DNA from: Klebsormidium nitens
Lineage: Eukaryota > Plantae > Klebsormidiophyceae
Length of the DNA stretch: 64,000 bases
Direction of reading: 5' to 3'
Assembly: GCA_000708835.1 (NCBI GenBank)
Contig: DF237155.1
Span: 79,496 to 143,495, forward strand
Below are positions 24,250-38,600 of the stretch, piece by piece. Under the pieces are notes generated by a model. That model saw nothing but the letters and a program-made list of their open reading frames with translations, was not told the DNA's origin and ran no database searches. Position numbers and translations under genes: made by a program. The stretch's first letter is position 1. Each line of letters begins with the position of its first letter.

Positions 24250-27200
24250 TCAGGCCGGTTCCCTGTCATCTCGGACGTTGTAGTTGCGGACCTGGGGCGG
24301 CTCCGCCTGCCGTCGCTGCTGGACGGCTTTCAGCTTGGCGCGCTGGCTGGCGGTGCCCTGCAATGACAAAGAGCAATTCGTTGGTGGACTGAGCCAATGA
24401 TGCGAAGGAGGAGAAGCTTCTTGCCTTGCTGCTGGAAACAAACGGGGCCATTTGGAAACTGGTCTGAGTACAAATACAGCGGGTCAAGACCACGAAGAAT
24501 GTGAAACTAAGATGCACATGAAAGGGAAGTCTGTTCCAGCAGGAGGAGCTTCTTCGTAAGCATGGGGACGTAAACGAATATTAAAATTGAGCGAGGGTTC
24601 ACGTCTCCATCACCGCACGCAAATCAATAATAGGCCATGTAGCATTCGATTCCACGGCGTGGTAAGCGTGGCAACATAGAGAGGCCAGCCCAGCAAATCC
24701 AAGCGCCTGCTCAACCGCAAAGGTCTCACCTTGTGAATGATCTCCACAATCGTCGGCCTTGGTGCTTGAACCCCCGCCACTACAAACGGAGCCCCGGCAG
24801 GCGGCATGGCGCCCCCTTTGCTGACGGCCGCTGACCTCACCCCCTCGGTGGGCTTCCCTTGCGCCTCTCGTACGGCATTCGTCTGAGCCGTGAGAGGCCT
24901 CGTGGTAACAAGCGGCACCGACCTCTGCCCAACAGGCGGTCTTACGAAGGGCGCAGGAAGTTCGGGTTTTGGGTCCGCCACAACTGGGTTAGGAAGGTTC
25001 ACAGAGGGGTTAGCGGCCGTCCGTTTCTTCAAATCCGCTCGCAGGGCGTTACTGAGCTCCATCAGACGGTCCCTCTCCTCACCCAGCCGCCGCACTTCTT
25101 CTAGCGCTAAAGACAGTTGCTCGCCCGGCGGCGCATGACCCATACCTAAACCCTCATAACCCTGCCCAAACCCACTTCGCCCCGCGCCTGAACTTGGTGC
25201 ACTTTGCCCGCGCTCGGGCCCGGGCCCAATCCTTGGGAGGTGTGCAGGCGCATACAGTGGAAAGAGTCCGGGTGGCGGCTCATTCACACCAGGGTGCTGC
25301 AGGCTTTGCACAGTGGTGAGAACAGGCTCCAACCGGGCGCTCATCTGCGCCAGCCGCTGCTGCACCGTGCCCAGCTCATACCGGAGCTGCTCCACCTCGG
25401 GCGTGTTCACACCGCCCCCGCCAGCACTTTCTCCGTGGTTTCCCCCCTGGCCCTCTATCGACGTTACACCTGCCACGTCAGCAACAGAACCTCCCCCGGC
25501 TCCCGTCATATGGTTGCCTAACCCGGCCGAGCCCTGCGGTTCAGATCCAGCCTTTGTTCCGCCCCCAGCCGCAACACCCAGAGACTCCTCCTCATTTCGG
25601 GCGCCCTCCGTCCGTGCGGGTCCCGTTCGCGGCGTCATGGCGACCACTGCCCTCTTCTGTAGCTCTTCCATTTCGCCCCGCATATGGTGCACCACCGCCC
25701 GGATCTGCTCGTTCTGAGCCGCCATCCCCGCCAAGCTGCGCCGCAGGAGCTCATTCTCTTCCTCGAGCTCCTCGTTTCCTGCTAACTCTCCATCCCCTGT
25801 AATCCGAAACCCAGAATGCTCGTCGTTCTCATACCCACTTCTTCCGGCCCTTCCGCTCTCGACCTCCTCCGCCGCATCTTCGTATGCCTTGAAAAGCTTA
25901 TGTGGGCGATCCCTTGGTGACTTCAACCCTCCCCCGGGGCCTGGCGATGCCGCGAAGCTCATGTGCAGGGAAGGAATTGGCGACGGCGCCGGCAGGGGGG
26001 ATCCCAAAGAGCTTGCGCCACCCCCCCGATGCGGGACTGCAATTGGGGGTGGCCTTTTTGCTCCCGAAAACGCACCTCCTGGCGTAGGGGCAGTGGACGG
26101 GCGTGGAGGTACAAAGCTTGGGGGACTTTGAGGCCGCTGTTGATGGGTTTTGACGAGTCGTTGCAATTCGTGTGCCAGTTCTGCCGCGCGCTCTTCGGCC
26201 TGCTTGTGGAGGGCGTTGGCGTGGTCGCGCTGCTGCTGTAAGCTCAGAATGAGAGCCTCGCTGCGGGCGACGGCCCGGCGCTCCTTCTCCTCGGCATCCT
26301 GCGGAGGAGGAGGGCAAGGCAGAGTAAAGACGCGGGGCTGGGAGCGGACAGGATGGGATGTCGTGAGCGGTCCTACAAAGGCAGACCATTGTTGACGGTG
26401 CCGATTAGGCAAATGATAATAAGGACGGAGAGCAGTTGCGCATTTGTGACCAGCACCCTTGCTGAATTCCGAGGACGTGAAACTGGTAGTGAGCAGGCGC
26501 AGTAAATTGCAAATGCAGCAAAGCGCTCTGCTACAAGTAGCCCAGGAGACGTCATGACCTAAGAGAGCAAACTTAATTCCTGAGAGACGAGAACTAAACC
26601 CAAACCGCATCAGGAGAAAAGACGCGATTTCCAAGGAGCACCAGGCCCAACACGCGCCCAACGGGTGGAGCTATCGCCTACTGACCTGCTCGCCTCTCAA
26701 CGTCGCCTGGACCACCTGCCTCTGCAGTTCCTTTTCCCTGGCCGCCCCGGCGACCAGCTGCTCTTTGTAGTTCGCTACATCCGCCCGCCGTTCCTCCAGC
26801 GTCCGCTGCGCCGCATCCAGCTTGGATTGCGCCGCATCTAGTTCCGCGCCCTTGCGCCACAGCTGGTCGGTCAACTCCTGACGCGTTTGCTCCAAGCGAT
26901 GGTCTTGGTCGGCGCTTGCGGCAAGGGCTGCGTCGAGGCTGCGCTGGGCGGCGGCCGTTTGCTCCTCCAGCTTGAGCTCTAGCTCGTGCACCTGCAAAAC
27001 GAAGAAAGGAGAGAAATCTGAGCTTTGAAATCGACCTGCTTTCTAACGGTTGCAAAAGCAGGGAACAGCGTCTTTTGCGGATCACGGGCGTGAAGCAGAT
27101 CGAAGGCCGCTTCTGTTGGTGTATTACAGTCCAGGCTTTCGAGGATGATGAATGCTGGGGCAAACAGCGTTGTTGCCCGTACACGTCAATTGACGGATCG

Positions 27201-30200
27201 ATGAGTCGGTAACCGATAGGAATAACGCTGACCCTATGCTGAAACCTTTCTACTGTGGTAATCCCCATGTAATATGGTAATCGCCATGAAAGAAGCCCTC
27301 TACGACCGAACGAATCAAAACAGAGATCCATTCAACGATCCTTCCCATGCGGTCACAAAGCAGAAGGGGCCGCAGGCTAAGAAAAGTACCGCTTCGAAAG
27401 TCAAGCTCCTCTTCACATTTCCAACTTCGTACCAAATCACGTACCAATCCACTAAAGATCGAACTTGAGACCTGGGCTGACCTGCTTCTTATAGCTCTCC
27501 CCCTGCTCCAGTTTGTGCGCCTCCGCTTCTTGGGCCCGCTTCACCGCCGCCGCCACCTTCGCCTTCAGGGCCGCCGCCTCGTCCTCCGACCGGCGGGAGA
27601 TGCTCGCGAGTTCGGCCGCATGCTCCTGCTGCTGTCGAGACATCATCTGCTGCACCGCGCTCAGCGCCGCCACCTGGAGAGGGGCACTCTGCCAAGTTGG
27701 TGCTCAGCGTAAACTCTTGGTGACATTTTCCCAAACAATTTCCTCAAAGGAGGAAGCCTAATCTCGGAACCTTCGCACTAATCAACTTAACCTTAGTAAG
27801 TTGGACCTCAGCGCCGCCACCTGGAGATGAGCAATTTTGCAAGTTGGTGCTCGGCGTAAGTTCGGACGGTATTCCTTGCTGAAGAAAGCCTGACGTCTGT
27901 TTCCTTCCCAAGGGCAACTTTTAGCTCAGTAGTCGGACGGCGCTACTTTCGTCTGACGCGTTCGCCAACTGCGATCGTGTCGTTACTGTCAGTGCAGATG
28001 TGCTCCCAATATTGGCATGCCGAATGCCGAATCTGGGCTGATCCAACTTGCCATTGAAATGCCTCCGTTGACGACTCCCACCGAAGAAAGCAGACGCTCA
28101 CCAGTTCCGTCGTCTTGTCCCCGAAGTCCTCCTCCATCTCTTCGTTGCGCTTCAATGAAGCGTTCAGCTGCGCCTGCAGTTCCGCTCCCTCTGTTTCTCG
28201 CAGCTCGCGCACTTTCTCCAGCTCCCACGACAGGGCCTGCCACCGGATTCAAATCTCAGCATAAGAAGCGGCAGCTATGGGGCGGAGATGAGTAGTAAGT
28301 TCACAGCTTCAGGAGCAACTCGCTTGAAATAAGTGCTCGCAGTTCTCGTGGGCATCGAAGAATTTATTTAGATACGTGATGCGTGCCACGAATCGTCGGC
28401 GGCAAGGCGTTCGATTAAACAGAGTAACTTTGACACGAGCAAGGCTTGAGAGTCAAATTCCATCGGACTTCGAAGTTCTTCAGTTGTCACGGTAAGAATC
28501 GCACTCCGTATGCATATAACACGTGAAGCCTGCAAGGACTTGCTCTTGCATTCGAGCCGAGTGCATCTCACCCATGCAGCGTTCATGATAGAGCACATGC
28601 CTTGCAAAATTGCCAGAAGGGAAAGAGTCAGGCCAATTGAGCGGGTTTACCTCGACTTGTCGCTCCTTGGCCTCCAGAGTAGCGCGCAGCTTGGAGCTCT
28701 GCAAGACACGCACTTGCATTTGATACGCCAACTATCCAACCGTCGCAGTTTGAGGGCTCGTAGCAGACAGCTAAGTCAGAGCAGGTTGACAATAGTGCCA
28801 AGGAGAATTTAAGCGACTTGAGCAAAGACAAGCGGAGCCAAAGGTTACAACAAGGCCCCATCTTCTGTGATGTAAAGAGATTGATCTACTTACTATCGGC
28901 CGCCAAAAACACATCCTGCCCTCGAAGAAGCATAAGGTTAGCGCGTCTGCGTCCAATCTTACATCGTCCTGTAGCTGCTCGACCCCCTCTTCCATCATGC
29001 GCAACTTCCGCTCCTGCACGCCGGTCACCAAAATCAGCTTCTGATTCGAGAGCAAGGGGCCTCCGGCAATCAGAAAAAGTAACCTTTCCCTAACCTGGTC
29101 AGGGTAGCTCTCTAGGATGCGCCACTTAAGAGTGCAACTCTTTACTTTAGCACTCGATGGTTGAACAAGTTTTGGAGACTGTCAAAGATTGGATCGATCC
29201 AGGTTAGATGCGAGAAGATTCATGGGACTGGAAACCCGAGTCTCTGACATGCAAGGCTGATCCTGAGAAAACGACAGCAGGACTGACCAGTTTCTTGCAT
29301 TGCTGCTCGGCGCCAAACGTTTTCGCAGTGGTCTCATCCAGGCACAGCTGGCTTTCTGTCTCCTGCTTCAGCAGGTTCTCCTCGTACTGCCGCGTCAGCT
29401 CTCGCCGCTGCAGGTCCAGCGCCTCCTGGGCCTCTGCCACCTGGCGCATCAGGTCTGCCGAAAGCAGGGCCGTGCTTAGCAACCCAGAAGGTTTCTCTCC
29501 AAAACACTGAGCGCACTTTGCGTAAAGAGCACTCTTCTCATTGCGACAACAAGAGGTCGTCAAACAAGGGCTGGAGCGAATATAGAGGGCACGGTGCCAG
29601 TGCAACTGAAGCAGCAGTATGGTGCAAACAGCGTCCTCAGCAGATCCTTTTGCGGTTGCATAGGTCAATCCGTGCAGAGAGCTGCTCACCGCCGTTGATG
29701 GCCTCAAAGGCCTGCCGTTGTTTACGGAGCTCTTCCTCGCAGTGCCACTGTGCTTGTTCTACCTGCTCCCGCGCCTCAACCACCTTCTGCCTGGAGTGCG
29801 CCGCATCCTCCTCGGCTCGTCTCCGCTCCTGCATGGAAATGAGTTGAGGTGAAACAGGTGCCCGGCGAGAATGATCGGAGTGCTTGAGGTCGCAGCTTTG
29901 TATGGGGTCCTTCCTTATGGGAACCAAGATCTCCTCCTGCCAAATCACGAGGAGCCATTGAAGGTTTCGAGTCGGTGAATTTGGCGTTTGTCAATTCCAA
30001 TGTTCGATCTGCTTCCATAAGCGACTGATGCACTTTCCTTAAACCCATCCTGGGCCATCCACCATACAAATGCATAGTCTCTAGCTTTCACAAACACACA
30101 GGGCACCTTCACTCAGAAGAGAAGGGAAAGGGGGCAGAGCGGCATGAATATTAGGTCCCAGGTCGGCCTATGCTTCATCTCATACGATTTCGAAAGTCAT

Positions 30201-31027
30201 GAGTCCCAAAAAGCAAAGAGAACATGTTATTTCAGCGTTCCAAAAGCCTGGCACGCCAAGCACGAGGCAAGCCTGATTCTTTCCAAGAGTCTCCTATGCA
30301 CGTCAGGCCCCTCACCTCCTGCAATTGAGCCTCAGCATCTGCAAGGGCTGAGCGCGCCTCCTTGAGAAGTCTTTCCCCATCAACCACTGCTGCTTGCAAT
30401 CCGGAGAAAGAAGCATCGTAGGCCTCCAGCTCAAAATCTCGTGCTTCCAAGAGGCTCAAGTTGTACTGCTCAGAAGAAGGGAAGGGGTGCTTTAATTCGA
30501 GATCACGTCTAATTGTCTTTTGATCCAGCATTTGAGGTAACATAATACCCTGTTTGAGGACTTGCTAGAGGCACAAATACTCCGCTGTGCCGTGCTAGGT
30601 CAAATGTCAAAGAGCCTGTGATCACAGACAGAGAATCAGAAGGAGGCATACTCACCTGGAAGTCTTCCTGAAGCTGTGTGAAGTTGTCGGTGACTGCATC
30701 CAGATCAGCTTCCCTGGACAGCAGCTGCAAGAAGACCCGGCAGTATTCAGAGTCATTTCTCACACTGAGTTGGTTTCGCCCCTGTCCAAGTCAAGCACAA
30801 CTCAGTGCGACTCTTTACAGAGTGGCCTCACACCAAAACCCACTTGAAAGTCTCACAGAGCAGCTTGTGGCACAGTTGCGAGCAGTCAAGAGCAGATAGG
30901 AATCAGCGCAATCTATACTGACCTTCTCCTCAAGCTTCTGGATGCGCTGCTCCCAAAGACTGACAATCTCCTTCTCCTTCTGGTCAATCAGATTCTTGAA
31001 GAAGCCCTCATCAGACGCCCGCACCAT
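24250..31027 (-). CDS. CCDC57: Coiled-coil protein homologous to centriolar CCDC57, 13 exons
   Basis: Phase-consistent exons 31027-30923, 30724-30656, 30465-30316, 29828-29690, 29454-29288, 29013-28963, 28698-28651, 28236-28102, 27673-27482, 26991-26686, 26298-24730, 24357-24250 (12 traced; a further small one may exist). LQEDFQYNLSLLEARDFELEAYDASF, ERDRLMELSNALRADL and terminal VRNYNV match my recollection of CCDC57 motifs. Confidence 0.8.
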
Positions 31028-34000
31028 CCTAAGGGTAAAGAAAGTTAGAAAGGGCTTCAGGGACCAGATAGAAACACTGAGACGTTCTGACCTCATCTGA
31101 CCTCATGTTGGAACACAGTATCTTGGCAAGCTGACCAAGTGACGCACAATGTACCGCTCAACATTTAGCTTCTCTGCGGTGAGTGGGCAATAAGCGTGGA
31201 AACACACAGCATTGCCTCATCTTCCAACTCATGATGCGTCTTCCAAAGCTAAGGAGGGAGGGCTATGGGGTATAAAATTCTGACATGTCAAGTGCTGAAG
31301 CAAGATGGGGCGCAGCAGAGTCTTTGCAGGGTGCTGAGAACCAGTGGTCCTGCTCCTGTAGGCCCTAAATTGAACTCTTCTGCATTGGCTCTTCCCTGCC
31401 GGCTAAAGAAAAGGCTTCACCAACAACTGGACACTGCAAAATAACCTTTGTTGCACGCCTTATCGACAGCGAGAGGGCAGCAACCAGCACTCTTTTGATG
31501 CGGAAACGAATGAGCACTCCAGGTCAAAGATGCAATCTGACCTTCAAACGGATCGCAAGTATTGCAGCGGCCTCTTTACTAAGCTCTTACAGTCTGCCCA
31601 AGGGTTTTACCTCAAGCCTCAGTTGTTGGCTTGCTATCCTTATGCGATGCTGCAGCATACCGCGGGCATACCGCCGTCCCTGATCGTGGTTTAAAGTTCT
31701 ATTAAATCTCATGCTCCTCCAAGATTGCGACACTGGTGGACCTGCCCAAAGGTCCTCTCTTCAATTCCATCTTGTAGGCAGTTGGGAATCGCGGATGGGG
31801 CGTAGCCCAGCTTATCATTGAACCAATTTCTGATGTAGCCCACATGTGCCCAGGCAAACCAGATCTCTGCCAGCTCACAGACCGATTCAGCACCACCATG
31901 TCACAGAGCCAAAAGCAAGGGCAGGTCTAGGTCTTTGACAATTGGGATCATCATTGCTTCAGGACACCTTCAAGTTCCAACCCGCCTTCCGATGAATGCC
32001 CTCCATGAATGAATCCCAAATGGGTATGTACTGTCGTTCTTCAGAGTTTGAATTTGAAGTTTGAGCTTTCAACTTGCCTAAAAGTTGCATGACATTGAAG
32101 CAGCGCCCCCTCAATGCTCATGCAGACTCGGAGTCAAAGGCCGGGGGCTGGAATGCGACTCCTAACCGCGGGTTCGAATTTGACTAACCCCGAATCCTAT
32201 CTTACGGGGTTCAAGGAGGGAGGGGGTGCCTATCAACGGTGGCGGCTACGAGCGAAGAAGCTGCGCGCGTGCTGTAACGGGTTTCCATCGGACTGACTGT
32301 GACTTGACTCTTGAGTGTCTACGATTCTTGAACTTCATGGCGCCCTGAGATTCATCAAAGGTTGCGAATCGGCGGCTACCAATTTAATCTTCCCATCTAA
32401 ATAGGTATACAATTACACTTATAACCATGATTTCACTTTTCTACTTTTCCAATTCGACAAGCACCCACAATGTCACAATGACAATCAGGTCGGATCAGTG
32501 ATGCAATGAGATAGCGAGATCTCAGATAGCCAGGTTTTGAGGCATGAGTCTGATGAGTGCTGTGGCCGCGGCACTCTGGCACGCGTACATGGGACTCTGA
32601 TAAGCTGATAATTGGCCTTGGCCAACGCGAAAACTCGCGGCCGCAATCGTCTTGATTACTTCGTCCTGTAGTATCCTTAGGTATCATCCTACCTAGTTTC
32701 AGTAATGTGATCACATGATCATCATATGATGCATGCACTCCATGTCCCGGGCCCAGATGATCGAGGTATATTCTCTCGAGTATCTTCAGCCGTTTGACTT
32801 CTGGGTCGTTGACCACGGCTCTGAGTCGGCGGATCCAGCTTCTATCAAATACATACAGTCGAGAAGGGACCTTCAAGTTCACTTCATAGAGTCTCATCGG
32901 TGAAATTGGACACACGGTGACGGTTAATTAGCGCTATGCAGAGGTATGAACATCTAAGAGCTCAACGTAGTCGCGGCCTCGTTAGGGGACCGGTTAACGT
33001 TGATGCCAGGTTTATTCACGTAAATTAAACGCCCCCTTCATGGTGGATAAGTTGACGATACATCATGATACGATCGAGACTGCAAGTACAACATGCCTTG
33101 ATGGCTTCCCTAGCTTATCAAAGCTTTGTGCCACACACATCTGCACATCCGGTAGCCACAAGACGGTTGTCTGAAGGCAAGTCACGCTGATTCAAGGTCG
33201 CGAGTTCTGAGCTACTTGGTGTGACACTAGAAATCTTTGATGAGGAGCCTGCTGTGTCTGACTTAGAGATGGTTGACCGAATTGCCTACTCAAACGGCTC
33301 GAAGGGCCGCGTCAAGCCAAAATTTTGTCAAGGAATTTGCCTCAGTTCTGACGGCCACCTTGGGAAATCACAGCCTTGTTTGAAAATCATTTGTCCAGGG
33401 GCCTTTCCTCTACATTGCACCGGTCATTTTTCAAACCATAATAGAAAAACAACTCTTAAGGCTTCAACTTTTCAATCAAACCTCAGAAGCTCTGGTGGTT
33501 CATTCCGTTTGACAGAGAGATCTTCAGACAACCATCAACCCAAGAGTATTGCTCTCTTTGAAGCGCTTGAGGTAATCTGCTGCATGTCAACCGCACCAAA
33601 AGGCACTAAAATCGGAAGCACCTACCTGAGATGATTGTTGGGAAGATTAAAACTGAATGTCATTGAAAAACAATCAGAGCGCCTTGACACAGCTTGGAAG
33701 CTCCCTCTGCAAACGTTGGCTGACAAATCTGATCAAAGATGGAACTGCCAAGAGGTTGACCTGAATGATGTTTCTTTTGATTCACTCTCTCGCTGCCACA
33801 TCAGTGGGTTTGACTGAACCAACAGGACACAGTGCCACAAATGTTCAATTCAGATCTTAAGCACAACCCAGAAAGCAGGCAGCGATGTTATTGAAGGCAG
33901 TAGAAACAGCAATAATCTGGCAGTTTGCTGAAGTCTAGACTTCAATCTGGATTTATTGCCAGTACACCATGACCAAGGCAGTCAAAACCAGCTTGTTCCT

Positions 34001-34116
34001 ATGATTATGTCAAGTGCAACAAGAAGTACCTGCACCTAATGAAGGACCACCATGCTCTAACTTTGATGCTCACCGTCGAGTGGCACCTTTTACAGCAGCA
34101 GAATATCTTTGACCTT

Positions 34117-34894
34117 TTATAGAGCTGGCTCTACTTCGGCCAGGACCTCTTTCGCGCTTTTGTATTCTTCACTTTCTTGCAAGCTTGCATCTGCCTCTCC
34201 TTCCTCCTGTATGGAAGTTGGAAACAACATGTTTAGAAGCGGATTCCATACTTGATTGTCCATCCAAAGGGTGGTGGCTGCTCCAGGTTTCATCCGTAGC
34301 AGATTGTGTGTTTCTGAGATGCAAAATAAGCAGCGTTATTTGATAAGGGCGCCAAATAGGCCAAATATGCAAAGCAGCTCACCACCGCTGACTGTAGATC
34401 CTGAAACGCGTTCTGCAATCTCTTCTTTGCATCTGGGATCATCATTTGTGTCTCCCCCAGCACACTCTCCTGCAAGGGAAAGCCCGGCTTAGACATGGTT
34501 CATTTGCTGCTGAAGTAATTTGAAAGCATAAGAGCAGAGTTCAACATGTAAAAGCTCAGGCTAACCATGAACCAGTATGTGCAGGCCTTCGTTCAGAGAC
34601 TGCTTTTGTATGAGAGTGTCACTCTTTTTCTTGTTTCAAAATTGTCAATTGAAGAATCAGAACCCAAAATAGTGAAGCACAGAACTCATGAATTGCTGTG
34701 ATATCAGTGTCTCAGAAATTGGACTACGGAAGCATGAATACCTGCTGCTTCAGGTCGTGAGAGTCAGCCCCCTCTGCCTTCATCTTCTCTGTCCGAGCTA
34801 ATTCCATCTGGAGCTCCTTCTCATAGGAATTCACCTCTTTGAACACCCGCTTCAAAGTCCCCGTCTTTATTTTGATGTTCTTTTGAGACGCCAT
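34117..34894 (-). CDS. TBCA: Tubulin-folding cofactor A (109 aa), 3 exons
   Basis: Exons 34894-34742, 34469-34383, 34206-34117. Sequence MASQKNIKIKTGTLKRVFKEVNSYEKE..DLKQQESVLGETQMMIPDAKKRLQ. Confidence 0.95.
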
Positions 34895-35673
34895 ATTGCT
34901 TTTCTCTTTATTTCTCTTTAGTGCACCTGATTTTCAACACATCGAAGGATATTAGCCAATCCGACCAATCAGGAAGCTTTCATTCAAGCATGCCCCGTTG
35001 ACCTCCAAAGTTTTTGCAGCGGCTCCTAGGTTGCTGAATGCGTCAGCTCAAATGCCTCCTGCTTTCTGCGCTCGTTGAAACGACGAGCTCTTCCGTCAGC
35101 GACTTTCGGTTAGCCTCCAGCGTAGCCAGGCCCGGGCAGTTCACCATAGAGCGGCCCGCGCGATTGAGAGGTCGGTAGGTCTCAGAGCTCAGGTAGTCTA
35201 GGACGCCCGAGTTCGCAGTGCAGACTTGCACACTCTGTCTAGGGTAGGAGGATCCTAAGGCTAGAGACCGAGATCGAGGCTCGACTTGTATATTTTCGGA
35301 CTGTTGGCTTTGCCGACCCATTTATACCGGGCTCGTGTGTGTGTGTAGCTCTCAAATTTCCAAGCACCAGGTGGCATAACCCACCTCGATGACCAACTTT
35401 GTGACAGGCACCCGAACGCCTGACCAGCTCAGGCCCCGGGCGTAATATTGGAACTTTCGGCTTACTTTAATTTACAAGGCCCCGAATGAACCGAGCGTGG
35501 GGAAAGTCCTACCGGCCACCTACCGTTGCAGCAGTAATGCACGAGGTTAACTGCTGCAACCAAGGGAACATGAGATGTCCAAAGCCCAAGGCTAAGCTAG
35601 GCGCTGCGCCTGAGCTGAGCTGAAAACCGGGTGTTGCACCACTGGCACCAAGGAGGACGCCAGGGCATCACGT

Positions 35674-38600
35674 ATGATGAACGGAGCTTCTTCTGTGACC
35701 AGCTGCAATGTTGCCACCAATCCTGACTTCGAGGCTGGCTCAACAGGATGGGGCCCGATGGGAGGGTGCCGACTGCAGATCTTTTCTGCAACACCGGGGC
35801 CGTTCATTCAACCGCAGTCTGGGCGCAACTACCTGGTGGTTACTGGCAGGACTCAGGTGAATGATCTCAAGCCTAGAAGTGAAGAAACTCGTGATCACTG
35901 AGGAATGCTGCACAAGAGCAGGTGATGATCAGCCCCGTCAGTACAGCGCATTCTGCCGATGACCATCACGTAGGATGCTCATTCTCTGCATGCAAGTCTT
36001 GCTTTTCCCCTCCACTGTCCCGCTGTGCTAGACCCGGAGTGATTGTGCCTCCAATGCACCATTAGAGTTCTTCAAGTCAGGACAGACTGGGTCACTGCAC
36101 CACCACCGTTTTTCAATGAGCCAATGCTGAGAACCCTGGCACTTGCTCCTCACCCCCCAGATATTCATACAGGTGGTAGGATGGCAGTCATCAAAGCAAT
36201 CTGCGCTGTTTGACTAAGCTTCCCAAACTCCACTGTCACCTTTCAAGAAGTTCCTTAAAATAACTTCCCCCTTCAATATGAGCCACCACCAAGTACAGGT
36301 CAATGATAGGTGGGGTACTGTGGGTGTTTGATCTGGGATGATTGCTCACAAGGCTTTCAGTTTGTCCAACGCAGGAGTGGGAAGGCATCTCTCAGCACCT
36401 GCAGTTTGAAAAGTCAGTTCCACATCTCATATATGCGTGGGTCCGAGTTGCAAACGCCCCCACAGCAACTGTGACGGCCACACTGTCAATCGGACAAGCC
36501 CCCAACGTCCGATACATACCCGTTGGGAAGGTGAGAAGTTGTGACACTGAAAGTATCACAGACATGTGTGCTTGAGGACACTTGCCCCAAAGTGATGCAA
36601 CAGATACGTTGGAATGCCAAGGAGAAATGTTTAGTGTGTGTATAAAGTGCAGATTGGTGTCTCAAGCTTCAGATCAACTTGTGGACAACGTCCAAAAATA
36701 TCAGACTCCAACGAAATGAAGCTGATTCTTCTCTATCAACCTCTTCCAGGTTGTTGCGAGTTGTAACGAGTGGGTGCAACTGGTCGGCAGCTTGCAGCTC
36801 GAAGCTGCAGACCCGCCCCTGGGTAATCTGTATTTCTCTGGTGCCCCTCCTGGAGTCGACATCCTGCTGAACAACGTCTATGTCCTGCGTGACACCCTGA
36901 TTGAGCAAGTCTTGTCGTCTGCACAGCCTCAGGTATGTACTTTTGCATCGTTTTCATTTCGCTTCATGTAAGCGTATGCTGGATCTCTGAGTGCTTTCAT
37001 AGGTTCTGCCGTCGGATGTTTCCTCGGAAGGCCCTTTTTCCACGGTTAAGCTTTGATACGTAGGCGTGCATGTTCTCTAAACTGACCTTCACCGATCGAA
37101 AGCGGCCTTTAAAGGTTCCTTGAAAATACTCACATGCTGCTTTCGAAAATCAACACTATTCTGCAACTCACGATTCCACCACTATACTCAAGAGGGAAAA
37201 CTGAAACGGAACAAACGAAACTCCATGATAAAGCCGACTTTCTCTTTACAGTCGGGCCCTTACAACGTTCTCCGGAACTCTGATTTCAGCGAGGGCGCCT
37301 TCTGGTGGTTCCCAGCGGGGGCCTGCCAGACCCAAGTCTTTGCGGGCAGTGCGCAGGTGTCCCCAAAAAGGTAACTCACGTTCGTTGACAATCTACAATT
37401 CTGGATATATGTGCGTTACACCGAAGCCGTGACTCTTCACTGAGTTGGACCTTTCCCTGCTCGACTTCCTTCCGTGACCATGAGTCGAAGCCGCCATGAA
37501 TGGGAACCTGCATTTGTGAATTCAAAGCTTAAAAACTGGATGTGCCATGATCCTGTCCATCATGCACGTTTCTAACCCATCGCCTTGCTCTGCCCCAGCG
37601 GCGCGTTTTTCCTCTGCACCTACCAGAGAACGAACCCATGGGAGGGCCCCGCGCAGATGCTGACGGGCAAGCTTCGAGCGGGCTTGGAGTACCGCCTGTC
37701 CGCAAGCGTGCGGGTGGGAAACGCTCCTTCGGCACAGGTAAGAGTGACTTCCTGTCGGTCCTTCACGTCTGCCTAAAAACGTTAGCCGTTTTCACTGGGT
37801 TCAATCTTGACCAGCGGTAATCGCGCGGAACAAGGACTGGGTTCTTGAATCATAACGAGGCGTTGCGGACATTGCTCGGGTCCTGACCTAAATGAGAATG
37901 AACGTCCTCTCGACCCTCCGTCATCGACACTTCTGTTTGCAGCCACTCGGACTTAGATAGCCGCACGTTTCTCCATCGATTTCTCGTTTCTGCAGGTGAA
38001 AGCGAGCTTGCGGGTCGAGTACGGTCAACGAAGCAGTTTCGTATACGTGGGGGCGGTCACTGCGTCCGATCAGAACTGGACCGACTTGAAGGGCGCATTC
38101 ACATTGGACGAGGTGCCCTCACGCTCCCACCTCTACTTCGAAGGCCCGGCCGCGGGAGTCGACATCCTGTTGGACCAAGTGGAGCTCGCGCCGGCCGACG
38201 TAACAAGGCACTGCCGGCAGGTATTTGGCATGTCTATCTCTCAGCGCTACGTTATTGTACTTGGTGCTGGAAGACGGCAGTTGACGCCTGCGGCCTCATC
38301 CCATTCTGCTCGTCGATCCGTGCCAGGAACTTCACTGTCACCGGTTGGAAGCTTCGTGGTGCAAGATTAAGATTTCGTTCATATGGTGGTTTTCCTCTAT
38401 TTCTTCCTGCCGTTCAGATGCAGAGGAATATTTTGTAAACTGACTTGACGCTTCGTTCTTTCAAGACCGTGTCAGCTTAAAGCCCATGTCAGATCGCGAA
38501 GCCTCCCAAAAGACTTCTCCCGAGCTCTCACAAGTGTCCCTTCCACAAATATCCCCAGAGCACGCCTGACGTCAAAGTAACACACTTTCGCATCGCCGTC

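Noticed and set aside
32120-32200. GGTTCGAAT B-box-like motif, suggesting a tRNA or SINE
   Set aside because: No cloverleaf, no A-box at the right spacing and no acceptor stem.
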